Positions 19,029 to 31,718 are shown, counted from the stretch's first letter. The stretch: DNA of 64,000 nucleotides from Pseudomonadota bacterium (GCA_021325135.1 JAJPHT010000045.1:32001-96000); one strand, 5' to 3'. The notes: generated from the sequence alone by a model not told the origin. Program-made: numbers and translations.

Positions 19029-21080
19029 ATGGAGCAGCAGCGAATCCTCGTCGCCGTCGCGTGGCCCTACGCCAACGGGCCGCTCCACCTGGGCCACGTC
19101 GCGGGGAGCCTGCTCCCGCCCGACGTGTTCGCCCGCCACCAGCGCATGAAGGGCGCCAAGGTCGCCATGGTCAGCGGCTCCGACATGCACGGCACGCCCA
19201 TCACCGTCGCGGCCGAGAAGGCCGGCATGGCGCCCGAGACGTTCGCCGCGGCCTACAACGCCAGCCACAAGGAGTCGTTGAAGGCGCTGGGCATCCGGTT
19301 CGACCTCTTCACCAGCACCGCGACCGCGAACCACCGCGAGGTCGTGCACGACGTCTTCCTCACGCTCCTGGAGCAGGGCCACATCACCAAGCGCAGCATG
19401 ACCGCGCCCTACGACCCCACGGCGCGGCGCTTCCTTCCCGACCGCTACGTGGAGGGCACCTGCCCGCACTGCGGCTTCGAGGGCGCGCGCGGCGACCAGT
19501 GCGACAACTGCGGCCGCACGCTGGACCCGCAGGAATTGAAGAGCCCGCGCAGCAAGCTCTCGGGCGCGGCGCCGGAATACCGGGAGACCGAGCACTTCTT
19601 CCTGCGCCTGCCCGCCTTCGAGGAGCGCCTCAAGGCGTGGACCGCGCAGAACGAGGACCACTGGCGCGCGAACACCATCAACTTCACGCGCAACTGGCTC
19701 GCGGAGGGGCTCAAGGACCGCCCCATCACGCGCGACATGACCTACGGCGTGCCCATCCCCCTCCCGGGCTACGAGGACAAGCGCATCTACGTCTGGTTCG
19801 AGGCCGTGATCGGCTATCTTTCCGCGACCAAGGAGTGGGCGAGGCTCTCGGGCCACCCCGAGGCGTGGAAGGAGTTCTGGCTCGACCCCAAGGCGCGCAG
19901 CTACTACTTCCTGGGCAAGGACAACATCCCGTTCCACACCATCATCTGGCCCTCCATGCTCATGGGGTACGGCGACGGCAAGGGGCGCGCGTACAACCTG
20001 CCCTACGACGTGCCCGCGAACGAGTTCATGAACTTCCAGGGCGCGAAGTTCAGCAAGAGCCGCGGCAACCTCATCACCGTCGACGAGGCGCTCTCCACCT
20101 TCGAGCCCGACGCCGTGCGCTACTACCTCGCCATCAACCTCCCCGAGAAGGGGGACGCCAACTGGGACTGGCCCGACTTCGTCGCCAAGGTCAACGACGA
20201 GCTGGTGGGCACCTGGGGCAACCTCGCGCACCGCGTCGTGAGCTTCACGCGCAAGCACGTCGACCACGTCCCTCCCGCCGGGCCCCTGGGGGAGCGCGAC
20301 CGCGCCATGCTCGCGCGCATCGAGGCCACGCACGCCACCGTCACCGACCTCCTGGGCCGCGTCGAGCTGAAGAAGGCGCTGCGCGAGGTCATGGCCCTCG
20401 CCGCCGAGGGCAACCGCTGGTGGGACGAGAAGGCCCCCTGGAAGCAGGCCAAGGAGGACCCCGAGGCGCTGAAGACGACGCTCCACGTGGGCCTGCGCCT
20501 CGTGCGCTCGCTGGCCCTCCTCACCGCGCCCTGGCTCCCCTTCAGCGCCGAGAAGCTCTGGCGCACGCTGGGCGAGACGGGCAACGTCCACGACGCGCGC
20601 TGGGACGACGCGCTCAGCGATATCCGGCCCCACAACAAGGTCCACGAGCCCACGGTGCTCTTCACGAAGCTCGACCCCAAGATGGTGGAATCCATGACGC
20701 AAGCCCCTCCCCCGGCCGCCGCGGCGCCCGCCGCCCCCGCGCCTTCGCCCTTCAAGCCCCAGGTGACCATCGACGACTTCGCCAAGCTGGACCTCCGCGT
20801 CGCCCAGGTGATCTCCTGCGAGCCGCACCCCAAGGCCGACAAGATCTGGGTCCTCCAGGTGGACCTGGGCGTCGAGAAGCGCCAGATCCTCGCGGGCCTG
20901 CGCGAGCACGTCAAGCCCGAGGAGCTCGTCGGGAAGAAGATCGTCGTGATCGCGAACCTGGCGCCGCGCCAGATCCGCGGGCTGGAGAGCAACGGCATGG
21001 TCCTCGCGGCGGAGGTCGACGGCGTCGTCGCGCCTCTCACGCCCGCGAAGGACGTGCAGCCCGGCGCGGGGATCAAGTGA
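19029..21080 (+). CDS. metG: methionine--tRNA ligase
   Basis: WPYANGPLHLGH, Zn knuckles, YVWFEA, KFSKS, C-terminal tRNA-binding OB domain. Confidence 0.97.
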   Translation: MEQQRILVAVAWPYANGPLHLGHVAGSLLPPDVFARHQRMKGAKVAMVSGSDMHGTPITVAAEKAGMAPETFAAAYNASHKESLKALGIRFDLFTSTATANHREVVHDVFLTLLEQGHITKRSMTAPYDPTARRFLPDRYVEGTCPHCGFEGARGDQCDNCGRTLDPQELKSPRSKLSGAAPEYRETEHFFLRLPAFEERLKAWTAQNEDHWRANTINFTRNWLAEGLKDRPITRDMTYGVPIPLPGYEDKRIYVWFEAVIGYLSATKEWARLSGHPEAWKEFWLDPKARSYYFLGKDNIPFHTIIWPSMLMGYGDGKGRAYNLPYDVPANEFMNFQGAKFSKSRGNLITVDEALSTFEPDAVRYYLAINLPEKGDANWDWPDFVAKVNDELVGTWGNLAHRVVSFTRKHVDHVPPAGPLGERDRAMLARIEATHATVTDLLGRVELKKALREVMALAAEGNRWWDEKAPWKQAKEDPEALKTTLHVGLRLVRSLALLTAPWLPFSAEKLWRTLGETGNVHDARWDDALSDIRPHNKVHEPTVLFTKLDPKMVESMTQAPPPAAAAPAAPAPSPFKPQVTIDDFAKLDLRVAQVISCEPHPKADKIWVLQVDLGVEKRQILAGLREHVKPEELVGKKIVVIANLAPRQIRGLESNGMVLAAEVDGVVAPLTPAKDVQPGAGIK

Positions 21081-21170
21081 CCCCCGAAGCGCGGCCACGT
21101 CCAGCCTAACACTCTGGGAGTTCCGCAGCGATCAAATAGGGAAGCCCGCCCACGCTGGGCGGTCGAACCC

Positions 21171-22418
21171 ATGGGGAAGGCGTCCCGAATCGTCCTCGTC
21201 GCGCTCGCGCTGGTCCTTCTCCTGCCTTCGGCCCTCGGCCAGGATGACAACGCTCCGAGGACCATCCACGCCCACCACTACGTCCGCGTGCCCCTGGACC
21301 CTTCCGCCACCGAGCGGCCCATCCTCGTCTCGTGGAACGCCACGGCGCCCATCGACGTGCTCGTCCTCACCAGCGAGGAGGCCGAGCGGTTCGCGAACGA
21401 CTCGGACTGGGTCGTCCCGGGGGACGCCTTCCTCGCCGTGCGCTCCGCGACGCAGGGGCAGTCCCACGTGACGATCCCCCCTGGCGTCGCCGCCGCGATC
21501 ATCTGGGACAACACCGCGAACCCGGCCGACGGCGCGCCGGGCGCCACGGACGTGTCCGTCGAGATGGGTGCCTACGACGTCGTCCTCCCCGACTCCAGCC
21601 CCCAGGGGCTCCTCCGGACGGCCACGTTCCAGCAGGAGGCATGGGCCCTCCCGGGGCTCCCGGGGATGGGCATCGCGCCCCAGGCCATCCTCTTCCTGGC
21701 GATCGCCATCGGGTGCGAGGTCGTCGCGTGGCGCGAGGACAAGCGGCGCTGGATCGACCTGGGCATCATGGTCGCGCTGGGCGCGCTGTTCAGCGCGTTC
21801 GTCTCGACGGAGGGCGTCATCCTCCCCGACACGCGCCTCCTCACCATTCCCGCCGTAATCGTGGGCATCTACGCGGTGCGCCGCTACCGGACGAGGGCGG
21901 CCGCCGTGGCGGGCGTGTTCGCCGCCTGCTTCTGGGGGCCGTTCCTGGGCGGGGACGTCCTGAGCCTCGCCCTGCACCACGGCACCATCGAACGCCTCTG
22001 GGACACCCAGTCCACCGTGTTCGTCATCGGCGGCGCGGGCTGGGGCGACGCCCTCGTGCTCGTGCCCATCCTGGGCGTGCTGTCCTTCGCGCTGCGCGGC
22101 TTTGGCGTCCTGGGGCTCCTGGAGCGCCGCCGCAAGCCGGCCCCGCGCCCCGTGGTGGCCGGCACGCGCAACGCCGAGGGCGTCCACATCGACGTGCGGA
22201 ACCCCACCGACGCGCCCCTGGAGGGGCTCCAGGTGGAGGTGTTCGACGGCGACTCGCGCGAGAAGCTGCACGGGCAGGACGTCGAAGGCGCGGTGTCGCC
22301 CGGCTCGGCCATGCAGATCGCCGTCCCGCTCTCCGCCGCGGTCGCGGCGCTCCCCGCGCTCCACGTCGTCCTGCGCTCGTCGCGCGGCGAGCACGCCCTG
22401 GACCTGCGCGCGCCGTAG
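21171..22418 (+). CDS. membrane protein with a DUF1614-like central region
   Basis: Signal peptide, soluble domain, TM bundle with GGDVLSL...VIGGAGWGD, resembling the DUF1614 signature. Confidence 0.55.
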   Translation: MGKASRIVLVALALVLLLPSALGQDDNAPRTIHAHHYVRVPLDPSATERPILVSWNATAPIDVLVLTSEEAERFANDSDWVVPGDAFLAVRSATQGQSHVTIPPGVAAAIIWDNTANPADGAPGATDVSVEMGAYDVVLPDSSPQGLLRTATFQQEAWALPGLPGMGIAPQAILFLAIAIGCEVVAWREDKRRWIDLGIMVALGALFSAFVSTEGVILPDTRLLTIPAVIVGIYAVRRYRTRAAAVAGVFAACFWGPFLGGDVLSLALHHGTIERLWDTQSTVFVIGGAGWGDALVLVPILGVLSFALRGFGVLGLLERRRKPAPRPVVAGTRNAEGVHIDVRNPTDAPLEGLQVEVFDGDSREKLHGQDVEGAVSPGSAMQIAVPLSAAVAALPALHVVLRSSRGEHALDLRAP

Positions 22419-22458
22419 CGGCAGCACGTTTTTCAGGCGGCGCGCCATCGGGCCTCCG

Positions 22459-23235
22459 ATGCGCCGCCCCTACGGCCGCAGCGCCGGCTACTACGACGCC
22501 ATCTACTCCGAGCGCGTCGACTACGACGGCGACGTGGAGTACCTGGCCAAGGTGTTCAAGACCTACGCCATGGGCAAGCCCAAGCGCATCCTCGACCTGG
22601 GCGCGGGCACGTGCACGCACGCGGTCCTGCTCGCGAAGAGCGGCATGCAGGTGGACGCCGTGGACGTCTCCGAGGCGCTCCTGGACGTGGCGGAGGCCAA
22701 GGTCAAGGGCGAAGGCGTCGCCAAGAAGGTCCACCTCCACCGCATGGACATGACCAAGAAGCTCCCCGAGGGGGAGTTCGACGCCGCCATCAGCATGTTC
22801 GGCGCGTGGTGCTATCTGCGCACCGACGAGGAGGCCTCGCGCATGCTCTCCATGCTCTCGCGCCGCCTCCCCATTGGCGGCCTCTTCGTCTTCGAGTTCT
22901 GGAGCCCCCTGGGCTGGAACCCGCAGAACCGCTGGGACGAGGCGGACCTCTCGGACGGCTCCCGCGTCCTGCGCTTGACGCGCCCCAACCTGGAGCTGAA
23001 GGACGACGTCTACGAGTTCGAGATGGAGCACGTCGTCGTCAAGGACGGCCAGCTTCTGGCGGACTTCAGCGAGGTGCACGGCCTGCGCCTGCGCACGCCC
23101 TTCCAGACGCGGGCCCTGCTCCAGCGCAACGGCTTCGAGGTCGTGGCCATGACCAAGGGCGCGCGCGAAGGCAAGTCGTTCGAGCCGCCCGGGCCCAACG
23201 AGTTCCGCGTGATGGCGATCGCCAAGCGGGCGTAG
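22459..23235 (+). CDS. class I SAM-dependent methyltransferase
   Basis: YYDAIY, ILDLGAGT, VDVS, DM, FDAA, GGLFVFE motifs. Confidence 0.9.
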   Translation: MRRPYGRSAGYYDAIYSERVDYDGDVEYLAKVFKTYAMGKPKRILDLGAGTCTHAVLLAKSGMQVDAVDVSEALLDVAEAKVKGEGVAKKVHLHRMDMTKKLPEGEFDAAISMFGAWCYLRTDEEASRMLSMLSRRLPIGGLFVFEFWSPLGWNPQNRWDEADLSDGSRVLRLTRPNLELKDDVYEFEMEHVVVKDGQLLADFSEVHGLRLRTPFQTRALLQRNGFEVVAMTKGAREGKSFEPPGPNEFRVMAIAKRA

Positions 23236-23271
23236 CCCGCCATTCGGCCGCGGCTCGCCCTGCGCCTCGCG

Positions 23272-23727
23272 TCACGCCTGATCCTTGGAGCTGGCAAGCT
23301 GCCCGCTGAGCGACTGGAGCTTTCCCGCGGCGGCGTCCTCCTCGTCGGCCAGGGAGACGAGCCGCTCCTTGAGCGCGGGCGTGGGCGCGTCGCGCGCGGC
23401 GCGGCGCAGCAGCTCGGCGCTTGCCCGCTTGACCTCCACGAAGCTCTCCACGATCTCCGCCGCGTCGAGGCCGCCGGGTGCCAAGGGCTTGGGCTTGCGC
23501 GGCGCCTCGGTCAAGTGCGCGGTCCAGTCCTCCAGGATGCTCTCCAGTTCCAGGGACGCGCTCGCGGCGCGGCGCCTCAAGGCCTGCACCATGGCGCGCT
23601 GCTCCTCGTCGGGCAGCGCATCGGCCAGACGACGGAGCCCGGCGGGGCCCACCGTCTCCTCGAGGTACTGGATCGTGCGAAGCTCGTTGAGCGTCCGGCC
23701 GAGGGCGGGGGAGAGCTCGTTCTGCAC
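23272..23727 (-). CDS. hypothetical helical protein, possibly ferritin-like fold
   Basis: Two helix pairs, AARDAPTPALKERLVSLADEE; no clear ferroxidase centre. Confidence 0.5.
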   Translation of the reverse strand: MQNELSPALGRTLNELRTIQYLEETVGPAGLRRLADALPDEEQRAMVQALRRRAASASLELESILEDWTAHLTEAPRKPKPLAPGGLDAAEIVESFVEVKRASAELLRRAARDAPTPALKERLVSLADEEDAAAGKLQSLSGQLASSKDQA

Positions 23728-23880
23728 GTGGACGACCGTGCCCTCCTCTGACTTTGGGAGGTTGAAGCACCCTCTGGTTCAACCCACGAAATCGGGGGCT
23801 CCGCCGCCCGGCCCGGCGGGGGAAACCGGCATATAGCTGATCGGGGGAATGCGGCCGCAGGAACCTGGAGGACTGACCGG

Positions 23881-26154
23881 TTGCCCACCATCGAGTCGAC
23901 CCCCGCCTTCGTCGAGGAATCCTACAAGAAGATGGAGACGCGCCTCGAGAAGGTCCGGGCCCGGCTCAACCGCCCCCTCACGCTGGCCGAGAAGATCGTG
24001 CTTGGCCACCTCCACGACCCCGAGGGGCAGGAGATGGAGCGCGGCAAGGCGTACCTCCTGCTGCACCCCGACCGCGTGGCCATGCAGGACGCCACCGCGC
24101 AGATGGCCATCCTCCAGTTCATGACGGCGGGCCGGCCCTCCGTCGCCGTCCCCACCACCATCCACTGCGACCACCTCATCGTCGCCAAGGAGGGCGCGGC
24201 CAAGGACATGCCCGTGGCGCTCAAGGAGAACCAGGAGGTCTACGACTTCATGGCCAGCGCCGCCGCCAAGTACGGCATCGGCTTCTGGAAGCCCGGCAGC
24301 GGCATCATCCACCAGGTCGTCCTGGAGAACTACGCGTTCCCCGGCGGCATGATCATCGGCACCGACTCCCACACGCCCAACGCGGGCGGCCTGGGCATGG
24401 TCGCCGTGGGCGTGGGCGGCGCGGACGCGGTGGACGTCATGGCGGGCTTCCCCTGGGAGGTCCTCCAGCCCAAGATCATCGGCGTGAAGCTCACCGGCAC
24501 GCTCTCCGGCTGGACCGCGCCCAAGGACGTGATCCTCAAGCTCGCCGGCATCCTCACCGTCGCGGGCGGCACCAACGCCATCATCGAGTACTTCGGCGAG
24601 GGCACCAGGAGCATCAGCGCGACGGGCAAGGCCACCATCTGCAACATGGGCGCCGAGATCGGCGCGACGTGCAGCGTCTTCCCCTACGACGAGCGCATGC
24701 GCACCTACCTTGCCGCCACCGAGCGCGCCGGGCTCGCCCAGGTCGCGGACCGCCACAAGCACCTGCTCGTGGCGGACGACGACGTCGCGAAGCACCCCGA
24801 GAAGTACTTCGACGAGGTCATCGAGATCGACCTCTCCACGCTGGAGCCCCACGTCGTGGGCCCGCACACGCCCGACCTCGCGCGCCCCATCAGCAAGCTC
24901 GCCGAGGCCGTCGCCAGCGAGAAGTACCCCAACAAGATCAGCGTCGCCCTCATCGGCTCCTGCACCAACTCCAGCTACGAGGACATCAGCCGCGTCGCGG
25001 ACGTCGCCAACCAGGCCAAGGCCCACGGCGCGAAGATGGCGAGCCCGCTCCTGGTCACGCCGGGCAGCGAGCAGATCCACCTCACCATCCAGCGCGACGG
25101 CCAGATGCAGGCCATCGAGGCCCTGGGCGCCACCGTGCTGGCCAACGCGTGCGGCCCCTGCATCGGCCAGTGGAGCCGCCCCGAGCTGAAGCCCGGCGAG
25201 GAGAACGTCATCGTCACCTCCTACAACCGCAACTTCCCCAAGCGCAACGACGGCAACGCGGGCACGCTGAACTTCATCGGCAGCCCCGAGCTCGTCATGG
25301 CCATGGGGCTCGCGGGGCGCCTCGACTTCAACCCGCTCAAGGACGAGCTGGTGGGCGCCGACGGCAAGAAGTACCGCCTCCACGCCCCCGCGCCCGCCCC
25401 CGAGATCCCCGCCAAGGGGTTCGTCAAGGACGAGCACGGCTACCAGGCGCCCGCCAAGGACCCCACCAAGGTCCAGGTGCAGGTCGCCCCGGACAGCAAG
25501 CGCCTCCAGCTGCTGGAGCCCTTCGCGCCCTGGAACGGCCGTGATATCACCGGCGCGCCGCTGCTGCTGAAGGCCAAGGGCAAGTGCACGACGGACCACA
25601 TCAGCCCCGCCGGGCCCTGGCTGCGCTTCCGCGGCCACCTCAACAACATCAGCGACAACATGTTCCTGGGCGCCATCAACGCCTTCACCGGCGAGGCCGG
25701 CAAGGGGAAGAGCCAGATCACGGGCGCCACCGAGGCGTTCCCCGCCGTCGCGCGCGCCTACAAGGCCGCCGGCCAGCCGTGGGTCGTCGTGGGCGACGAG
25801 AACTACGGCGAGGGCAGCAGCCGCGAGCACGCCGCCATGGAGCCGCGATATCTCGGCGGCGCCGCCATCCTCGCCCGCAGCTTCGCGCGCATCCACGAGA
25901 CGAACCTCAAGAAGCAGGGCCTCCTGCCGCTGAAGTTCGCCGACAAGAAGGACTACGAGAAGGTGCGCGAGGACGACCGCATCGACGTGCTGGGCCTCCA
26001 GACCCTCGCCCCCGGCAAGCCCCTCACCGTCGTCCTCCACCACAAGGACGGCACGAAGGACCAGTTCCAGGTGACGCACACCTTCAACGCGGAGCAGGTC
26101 CAGTGGTTCCGCGCGGGCAGCGCGCTCAACGTGCTGCGCCAGGCGAAGCACTGA
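23881..26154 (+). CDS. acnA: aconitate hydratase (mitochondrial-like AcnA)
   Basis: [62 protein letters not shown]; TTG start after GGAGG. Confidence 0.95.
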   Translation: MPTIESTPAFVEESYKKMETRLEKVRARLNRPLTLAEKIVLGHLHDPEGQEMERGKAYLLLHPDRVAMQDATAQMAILQFMTAGRPSVAVPTTIHCDHLIVAKEGAAKDMPVALKENQEVYDFMASAAAKYGIGFWKPGSGIIHQVVLENYAFPGGMIIGTDSHTPNAGGLGMVAVGVGGADAVDVMAGFPWEVLQPKIIGVKLTGTLSGWTAPKDVILKLAGILTVAGGTNAIIEYFGEGTRSISATGKATICNMGAEIGATCSVFPYDERMRTYLAATERAGLAQVADRHKHLLVADDDVAKHPEKYFDEVIEIDLSTLEPHVVGPHTPDLARPISKLAEAVASEKYPNKISVALIGSCTNSSYEDISRVADVANQAKAHGAKMASPLLVTPGSEQIHLTIQRDGQMQAIEALGATVLANACGPCIGQWSRPELKPGEENVIVTSYNRNFPKRNDGNAGTLNFIGSPELVMAMGLAGRLDFNPLKDELVGADGKKYRLHAPAPAPEIPAKGFVKDEHGYQAPAKDPTKVQVQVAPDSKRLQLLEPFAPWNGRDITGAPLLLKAKGKCTTDHISPAGPWLRFRGHLNNISDNMFLGAINAFTGEAGKGKSQITGATEAFPAVARAYKAAGQPWVVVGDENYGEGSSREHAAMEPRYLGGAAILARSFARIHETNLKKQGLLPLKFADKKDYEKVREDDRIDVLGLQTLAPGKPLTVVLHHKDGTKDQFQVTHTFNAEQVQWFRAGSALNVLRQAKH

Positions 26155-26156
26155 GG

Positions 26157-26180
26157 GGCCGCAGGGAAAACCCTGCGCCC
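26157..26180 (+). terminator. stem-loop downstream of aconitase
   Basis: GCAGGG-AAAA-CCCTGC hairpin right after the stop codon. Confidence 0.4.
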
Positions 26181-26211
26181 GGTTAAGGGGGCGTGAGGGC
26201 TCTCCGGGCCC

Positions 26212-26409
26212 GTGATCCGCGCCCTTCTCCTGGTCTGCGCCCTCGTCCTGCTCTCCGTCCCCGTCGTGGCCGCCGACCCGGGGCCCGGCGGCCCGCCCGA
26301 GGAGCCCTGCAACCCCAATTGCACCGGGAACCCCGCGATGGACGCCCTCGCGGGCGACCTGCTGGCGTTCGTGGACGGCCCCGGCACGCCCTGCCGCCCC
26401 AGCTGCTGA
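26212..26409 (+). CDS. small secreted Cys/Pro-rich protein
   Basis: Signal peptide; PCNPNC and PCRPSC motifs. Confidence 0.55.
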   Translation: MIRALLLVCALVLLSVPVVAADPGPGGPPEEPCNPNCTGNPAMDALAGDLLAFVDGPGTPCRPSC

Positions 26410-26456
26410 GCCGCGTCTCCGTCACCTTCACATCCCCGGAGGGCTCCTGCGCCCGC

Positions 26457-26690
26457 GTGAGCGCGGACCTCTTCGAGCGCCGCGGCGTGGCGCCGAGCCC
26501 GCGCAAGGTGCCCTGCGAGTTCTGCGGCCAGCCCCTGGTGGACCCCATCGAGGAGCCGTTCAACCTGGCCTTCATCGGGCACCTCAAGGAGAGCGCGCGC
26601 TGCATGGAGCTGTTCAGCTACGGCATGACGGCGCTGCGCAACGAGATCGGCGTGCGGCTGGGCCAGAAGCCGCAGGTCGACGGCCTCTGA
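26457..26690 (+). CDS. small zinc-finger protein (CxxC...H...C)
   Basis: GTG after GGAGG; CEFCG...FIGHLKESARC. Confidence 0.6.
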   Translation: MSADLFERRGVAPSPRKVPCEFCGQPLVDPIEEPFNLAFIGHLKESARCMELFSYGMTALRNEIGVRLGQKPQVDGL

Positions 26691-26691
26691 C

Positions 26692-26976
26692 TCAGTCCTT
26701 GTAGCTCATGTGGCTGGGGTGGCGCGGGAAGTCCTGCGGCTCGCGGCGCGAAGGGGGCGTCGCGCGCAGGATGCGGTCGGAGCGCGTGGCGTCGGCGAGG
26801 CGGCCCAGGTCCGCGATGGCGCTGAGGTAGTGGAGCCTCGCGTTGGGGGCGAGGCCCGAGGCCTTGAGGTCGGCGCTGATGCGCGCGAGGGCCTGGCGGG
26901 GCTTGGAGGGGAGGGGGGCGATCTTCTCGGCGATGCGGCTCTCGGCGTAGGCGTCGGTGACGGGCGCGCGCGTCAT
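26692..26976 (-). pseudogene. possible N-terminal remnant of a tyrosine recombinase
   Basis: DLKASGLAPNARLHYLSAIADL resembles the integrase SAM-like N-domain; no catalytic domain follows. Confidence 0.3.
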
Positions 26977-27032
26977 GGGTCCTGCTGGGCGCTCGTGGGA
27001 TTTGGCTTTGCGGGCGAATCCGTTCCGGCCCT

Positions 27033-27677
27033 TCAGGCGGGGGGCTTCCCGTAGAGCTGGTCGAGCCCCTGCTTCACGCGCTGCGTCTGCCACCGGGTCA
27101 CGTCGCGGCCGATGAGGGTGAGCTTGGGGACGAGGCTGCGGGGCAGGCGGAGGAGGTCCGGGTTCGCGTCGGCGTGGTCGAAGACCCACTCCATGAGAGC
27201 GGTGTTCTCCTCCACGATCCGGTCGGGAAGCTCGCGTGTGGGGAAGGCTTGGAGAAGCAGGTCGTCGTAGTCCTTCGCGCTTTCCACCCGGGCCAGCGTC
27301 GCGAGGTCGGGGAGGCGCCTGGCCATCTCGGCCTCGCACCGCTCCAGCACGGGCTGGAAGCGCGCGTCCTTGACCTTGACGATGAGGTTCAGCTCGCGCA
27401 GGCGCAGCACGCGGGGCGCGTTCTCGCGGGCGAGGCGTAGCGCGTCCTCCCCGGCGTCCACGCGGCGGGCGAGGTCCAGGAGGAACTGCACGTCCTCGCG
27501 CAGGCGCGGGCGAAGCTCCAGCGCGGCCAGCCCGCCCATGACCGCGGCCTCGACGCCGCGGGCGAGGAAGGCGAGGGGGCCGTGGGCTTCCTGGGAGAGG
27601 CGCTCGCGGAGGTGGTGGAGGCCCGCGTCCAGGTCGGCCTCCGCCTTGGCGAGAAGGATGCGCTCCGCGTCGCGCAT
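27033..27677 (-). CDS. hypothetical protein
   Basis: 214-aa ORF with typical codon usage, co-oriented with the upstream gene. Confidence 0.65.
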   Translation of the reverse strand: MRDAERILLAKAEADLDAGLHHLRERLSQEAHGPLAFLARGVEAAVMGGLAALELRPRLREDVQFLLDLARRVDAGEDALRLARENAPRVLRLRELNLIVKVKDARFQPVLERCEAEMARRLPDLATLARVESAKDYDDLLLQAFPTRELPDRIVEENTALMEWVFDHADANPDLLRLPRSLVPKLTLIGRDVTRWQTQRVKQGLDQLYGKPPA

Positions 27678-27681
27678 GGGA

Positions 27682-27972
27682 TCACTCGTACTCGAGCACG
27701 AGCTTGTCGTCCTTGATCACGCGGAGGCTCGCGGTGCGGCCCATCTCGGGGTTCATCAGCGGCAGGGCGATGCGGTAGTGGACGTGCTCGGGCTCGCGGC
27801 AGTGGCAGGGGCCGCTCTCCTGGATCTTCGTCTTCAGCGTGCTCTTGCCCACGGTGAGCTGGAAGGGCGTTCCGGGGGCGGGGAGCTTGGGGAGCCAGGC
27901 TTTCTCGACGAGGAGGAAGCCTTCCTCGGCCTCCTCGGCGCCGATCTTGCGTTTCATCGTGTTCGAGGCCAT
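27682..27972 (-). CDS. hypothetical small protein with CxC...HxH motif
   Basis: CHCREPEHVH; typical codon usage. Confidence 0.65.
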   Translation of the reverse strand: MASNTMKRKIGAEEAEEGFLLVEKAWLPKLPAPGTPFQLTVGKSTLKTKIQESGPCHCREPEHVHYRIALPLMNPEMGRTASLRVIKDDKLVLEYE

Positions 27973-28169
27973 GATCGCTCGACTCGGGCCGCGCGGGGCG
28001 GCGGGGAAAGAACCGTGAGCGCCGCGAAAACGCGGAGCGCCGGGGGCGTTGCCCGCCTTTCGATGAGGCGCTTCCGGATTTGAATCTTGTGGTCACGCGG
28101 CTGCGGCGTCCGCCCCCGGAGAAACCCTAATAGGGGGCACTCGGTTGGCGCGCCCAAGAGGCGATCCCC

Positions 28170-29561
<1,392 letters not shown>

Positions 29562-29761
29562 GCCTCGTCAAGAGCGCCCGGCGCGCAGCGCCGAGGCGCG
29601 TGCGATGCCTATCGCCCCTCGCCGCAGCGAGGGGCGCGTAGGGCGTATTGCGCCGCTGGTACGCCAGCGGCCAGCGGGGGCCTGTGCGGGACCGCGGGTG
29701 TTGGGCACAATGGCCCGCGGCCCCGCCAAGCTTCCTCGCCCGGGGCGATCAAGGCGTGGAG

Positions 29762-30223
29762 CTATTTCAAGCGAGGCAGCAGGGCGGTTGCGTCCCTGGA
29801 CAACCGTCCCTCCTCTTCCAGCGAGTCCCAGGCCTCGCGGACGTAGGTCCACAGCGCCGCCGGCGTCGGGTTGCCCGCCTGCGCGTAACGGATGCGACCC
29901 TCCGCGTCGACGAGCAGCAGCGTGGGGGTCTCGGTCACGCCCAGCGCGCGGGCGAGGCCGGGCCGGTCGTGGACCGAGAGGGGGACGGCGGGCACCTCCG
30001 GCGCGGCGTCGAGGACGATGCCCGGCGTCTCCGCGCACTCGCTGCAGAGCCGGCTCGTGAAGTAGAGCGCGGTGAGGGGCGCCCGCGGCGCGGGGAGCAC
30101 GTCCTCCGGGACGCGGGCGAGGCGCGGCCGGAAGCCTGCGCGCCGGCGGGCGCGCGCCCACGCGAGGGCGATCACCAGCGCGACGAGGGCCGCCGCGATG
30201 CCCAGCCGCGCGAGGACGTCCAT
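29762..30223 (-). CDS. membrane-anchored thioredoxin-like protein
   Basis: N-terminal TM; FTSRLCSEC (CxxC); cis-Pro motif TPTLLLVD. Confidence 0.8.
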   Translation of the reverse strand: MDVLARLGIAAALVALVIALAWARARRRAGFRPRLARVPEDVLPAPRAPLTALYFTSRLCSECAETPGIVLDAAPEVPAVPLSVHDRPGLARALGVTETPTLLLVDAEGRIRYAQAGNPTPAALWTYVREAWDSLEEEGRLSRDATALLPRLK

Positions 30224-30226
30224 GGC

Positions 30227-30661
30227 TCACGCCTGCGCGGAGCGCCCGGTCCAGCGCGCGAGGAGCGAGTAGACCTCGCAGCCCACGCAGACGTCGGTCA
30301 CGGCGGCCAGGAGCGCCAGCGCGGCCACGAGGAGCGCCAGACCCCAGCCCACGAGGGGCGAGGCGAAGACCAGGAGCGCCAGCGAGGCGGCGGCGAGGAA
30401 CGCGAAGCCGACTCCCTGCGCGAAGCGCACCGGGGCCGCGTCCTTGAGGCGCGCGGGCGGGCCCAGCTTGAGCGCGGGCACGACGGCGTGCTTCCAGAGC
30501 AGCGCCAGCGGGTTGGCCTGCGGGCCGAGGAACGCGCCCGCGCCCAGGAGGAGCGCGAGGACGGGAAGGAGAAGCGGGACCTTGAGCACGAACGCGACGA
30601 GGGAGAGCGCGCCGACCACGCCTTGGTTGAAGCGCGGGGCGCGGGGGTCGATGCGGGGCAC
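30227..30661 (-). CDS. DUF4395 family membrane protein
   Basis: IDPRAPRFNQ, PVRFAQGVG, CVGCEVY; paired with a thioredoxin-like gene. Confidence 0.85.
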   Translation of the reverse strand: MPRIDPRAPRFNQGVVGALSLVAFVLKVPLLLPVLALLLGAGAFLGPQANPLALLWKHAVVPALKLGPPARLKDAAPVRFAQGVGFAFLAAASLALLVFASPLVGWGLALLVAALALLAAVTDVCVGCEVYSLLARWTGRSAQA

Positions 30662-30708
30662 GGGAAAGGAGGACGCGCGGGCCACCAAGAAGAGGCGCAA
30701 CGCGGCAA

Positions 30709-30927
30709 CTAGCGCCGGCTCCAGCTCCACCCCTGCTGGGGGCCTTCGCGCGGGCGGCGGAACGTGTTGATGTACGCCAGCGTGATGCCCGCGGCGAGGG
30801 TGAGGCCGCCGATGACCATGCCCGTCGCGACCGCGACGATGGGGTAGTGGTTGCTCGTGAAGTACGCGACGAGCGTGAGGAGCGCGCCGAGGCCCATGAG
30901 GATCGCGGGATGCCAGCGGGGGTCCAT
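30709..30927 (-). CDS. small two-TM membrane protein
   Basis: 72 aa, two hydrophobic helices. Confidence 0.6.
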   Translation of the reverse strand: MDPRWHPAILMGLGALLTLVAYFTSNHYPIVAVATGMVIGGLTLAAGITLAYINTFRRPREGPQQGWSWSRR

Positions 30928-30989
30928 GGACGCGGGGGCACCGGCGGCGGTCCATAAGGCATTTCCCTTGGGGCGCGGTCGCCTCGCCC

Positions 30990-31718
30990 ATGGCTCGGGT
31001 CGTCCTCGTGACGGGAGCGGGGCGCGGCTTGGGCGCCGCGACGGCGGAGCGCCTGGCGCAGGACGGGTGGGACGTCGTCATCAACTACCGCCAGACGGCG
31101 GAGGGCGCCGAGGCGGTGCGGACCACCGTGGAGGCCATGGGCCAGCGCGCGCTCGTGGTGAAGGCCGACGTCTCGCGCTGGGACGAGGCGCAGGCCATGG
31201 TGGCGGAGACGATCTCCTCCCTGGGCCGCCTCGACGCGGTGGTCAACAACGCGGGCATCTACCGCCGCGCCACCGTGGACAAGGTGGAGCCCGAGGACTG
31301 GCACGAGGCGCTGGACGTGAACCTCACCGGCACGTTCTACGTCACCAAGGCCGCGCTGGCGCACCTGCCCGACGGCGCGCGCATCGTGAACTTCACCAGC
31401 GTCCTGGGCGCCATGGGCAGCAAGCACGGCGCCCACTACTCGGCGAGCAAGGGGGGCGTCATCGCCATGACCAAGAGCCTCGCCAAGGAGCTTGGCCCCC
31501 GCGGCATCCTCGTCAACGCCATCGCCCCGGGCGCCATCGCCACCGACATGATCGGCCAGGACACGCCCGAGCAGCGCGCGGCGCGGGAGAAGACCATCCC
31601 CCTGGGTCGCGTGGGCCGGCCGGAGGAGATCGCGGGCGTCGTGAGCTTCCTCCTGGGCCCCGACGCGTCCTACCTCACCGGGCAGGTCCTGCACGTCAAC
31701 GGCGGATTGTACGTTTGA
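30990..31718 (+). CDS. SDR oxidoreductase (FabG-like)
   Basis: [23 protein letters not shown]. Confidence 0.92.
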   Translation: MARVVLVTGAGRGLGAATAERLAQDGWDVVINYRQTAEGAEAVRTTVEAMGQRALVVKADVSRWDEAQAMVAETISSLGRLDAVVNNAGIYRRATVDKVEPEDWHEALDVNLTGTFYVTKAALAHLPDGARIVNFTSVLGAMGSKHGAHYSASKGGVIAMTKSLAKELGPRGILVNAIAPGAIATDMIGQDTPEQRAAREKTIPLGRVGRPEEIAGVVSFLLGPDASYLTGQVLHVNGGLYV

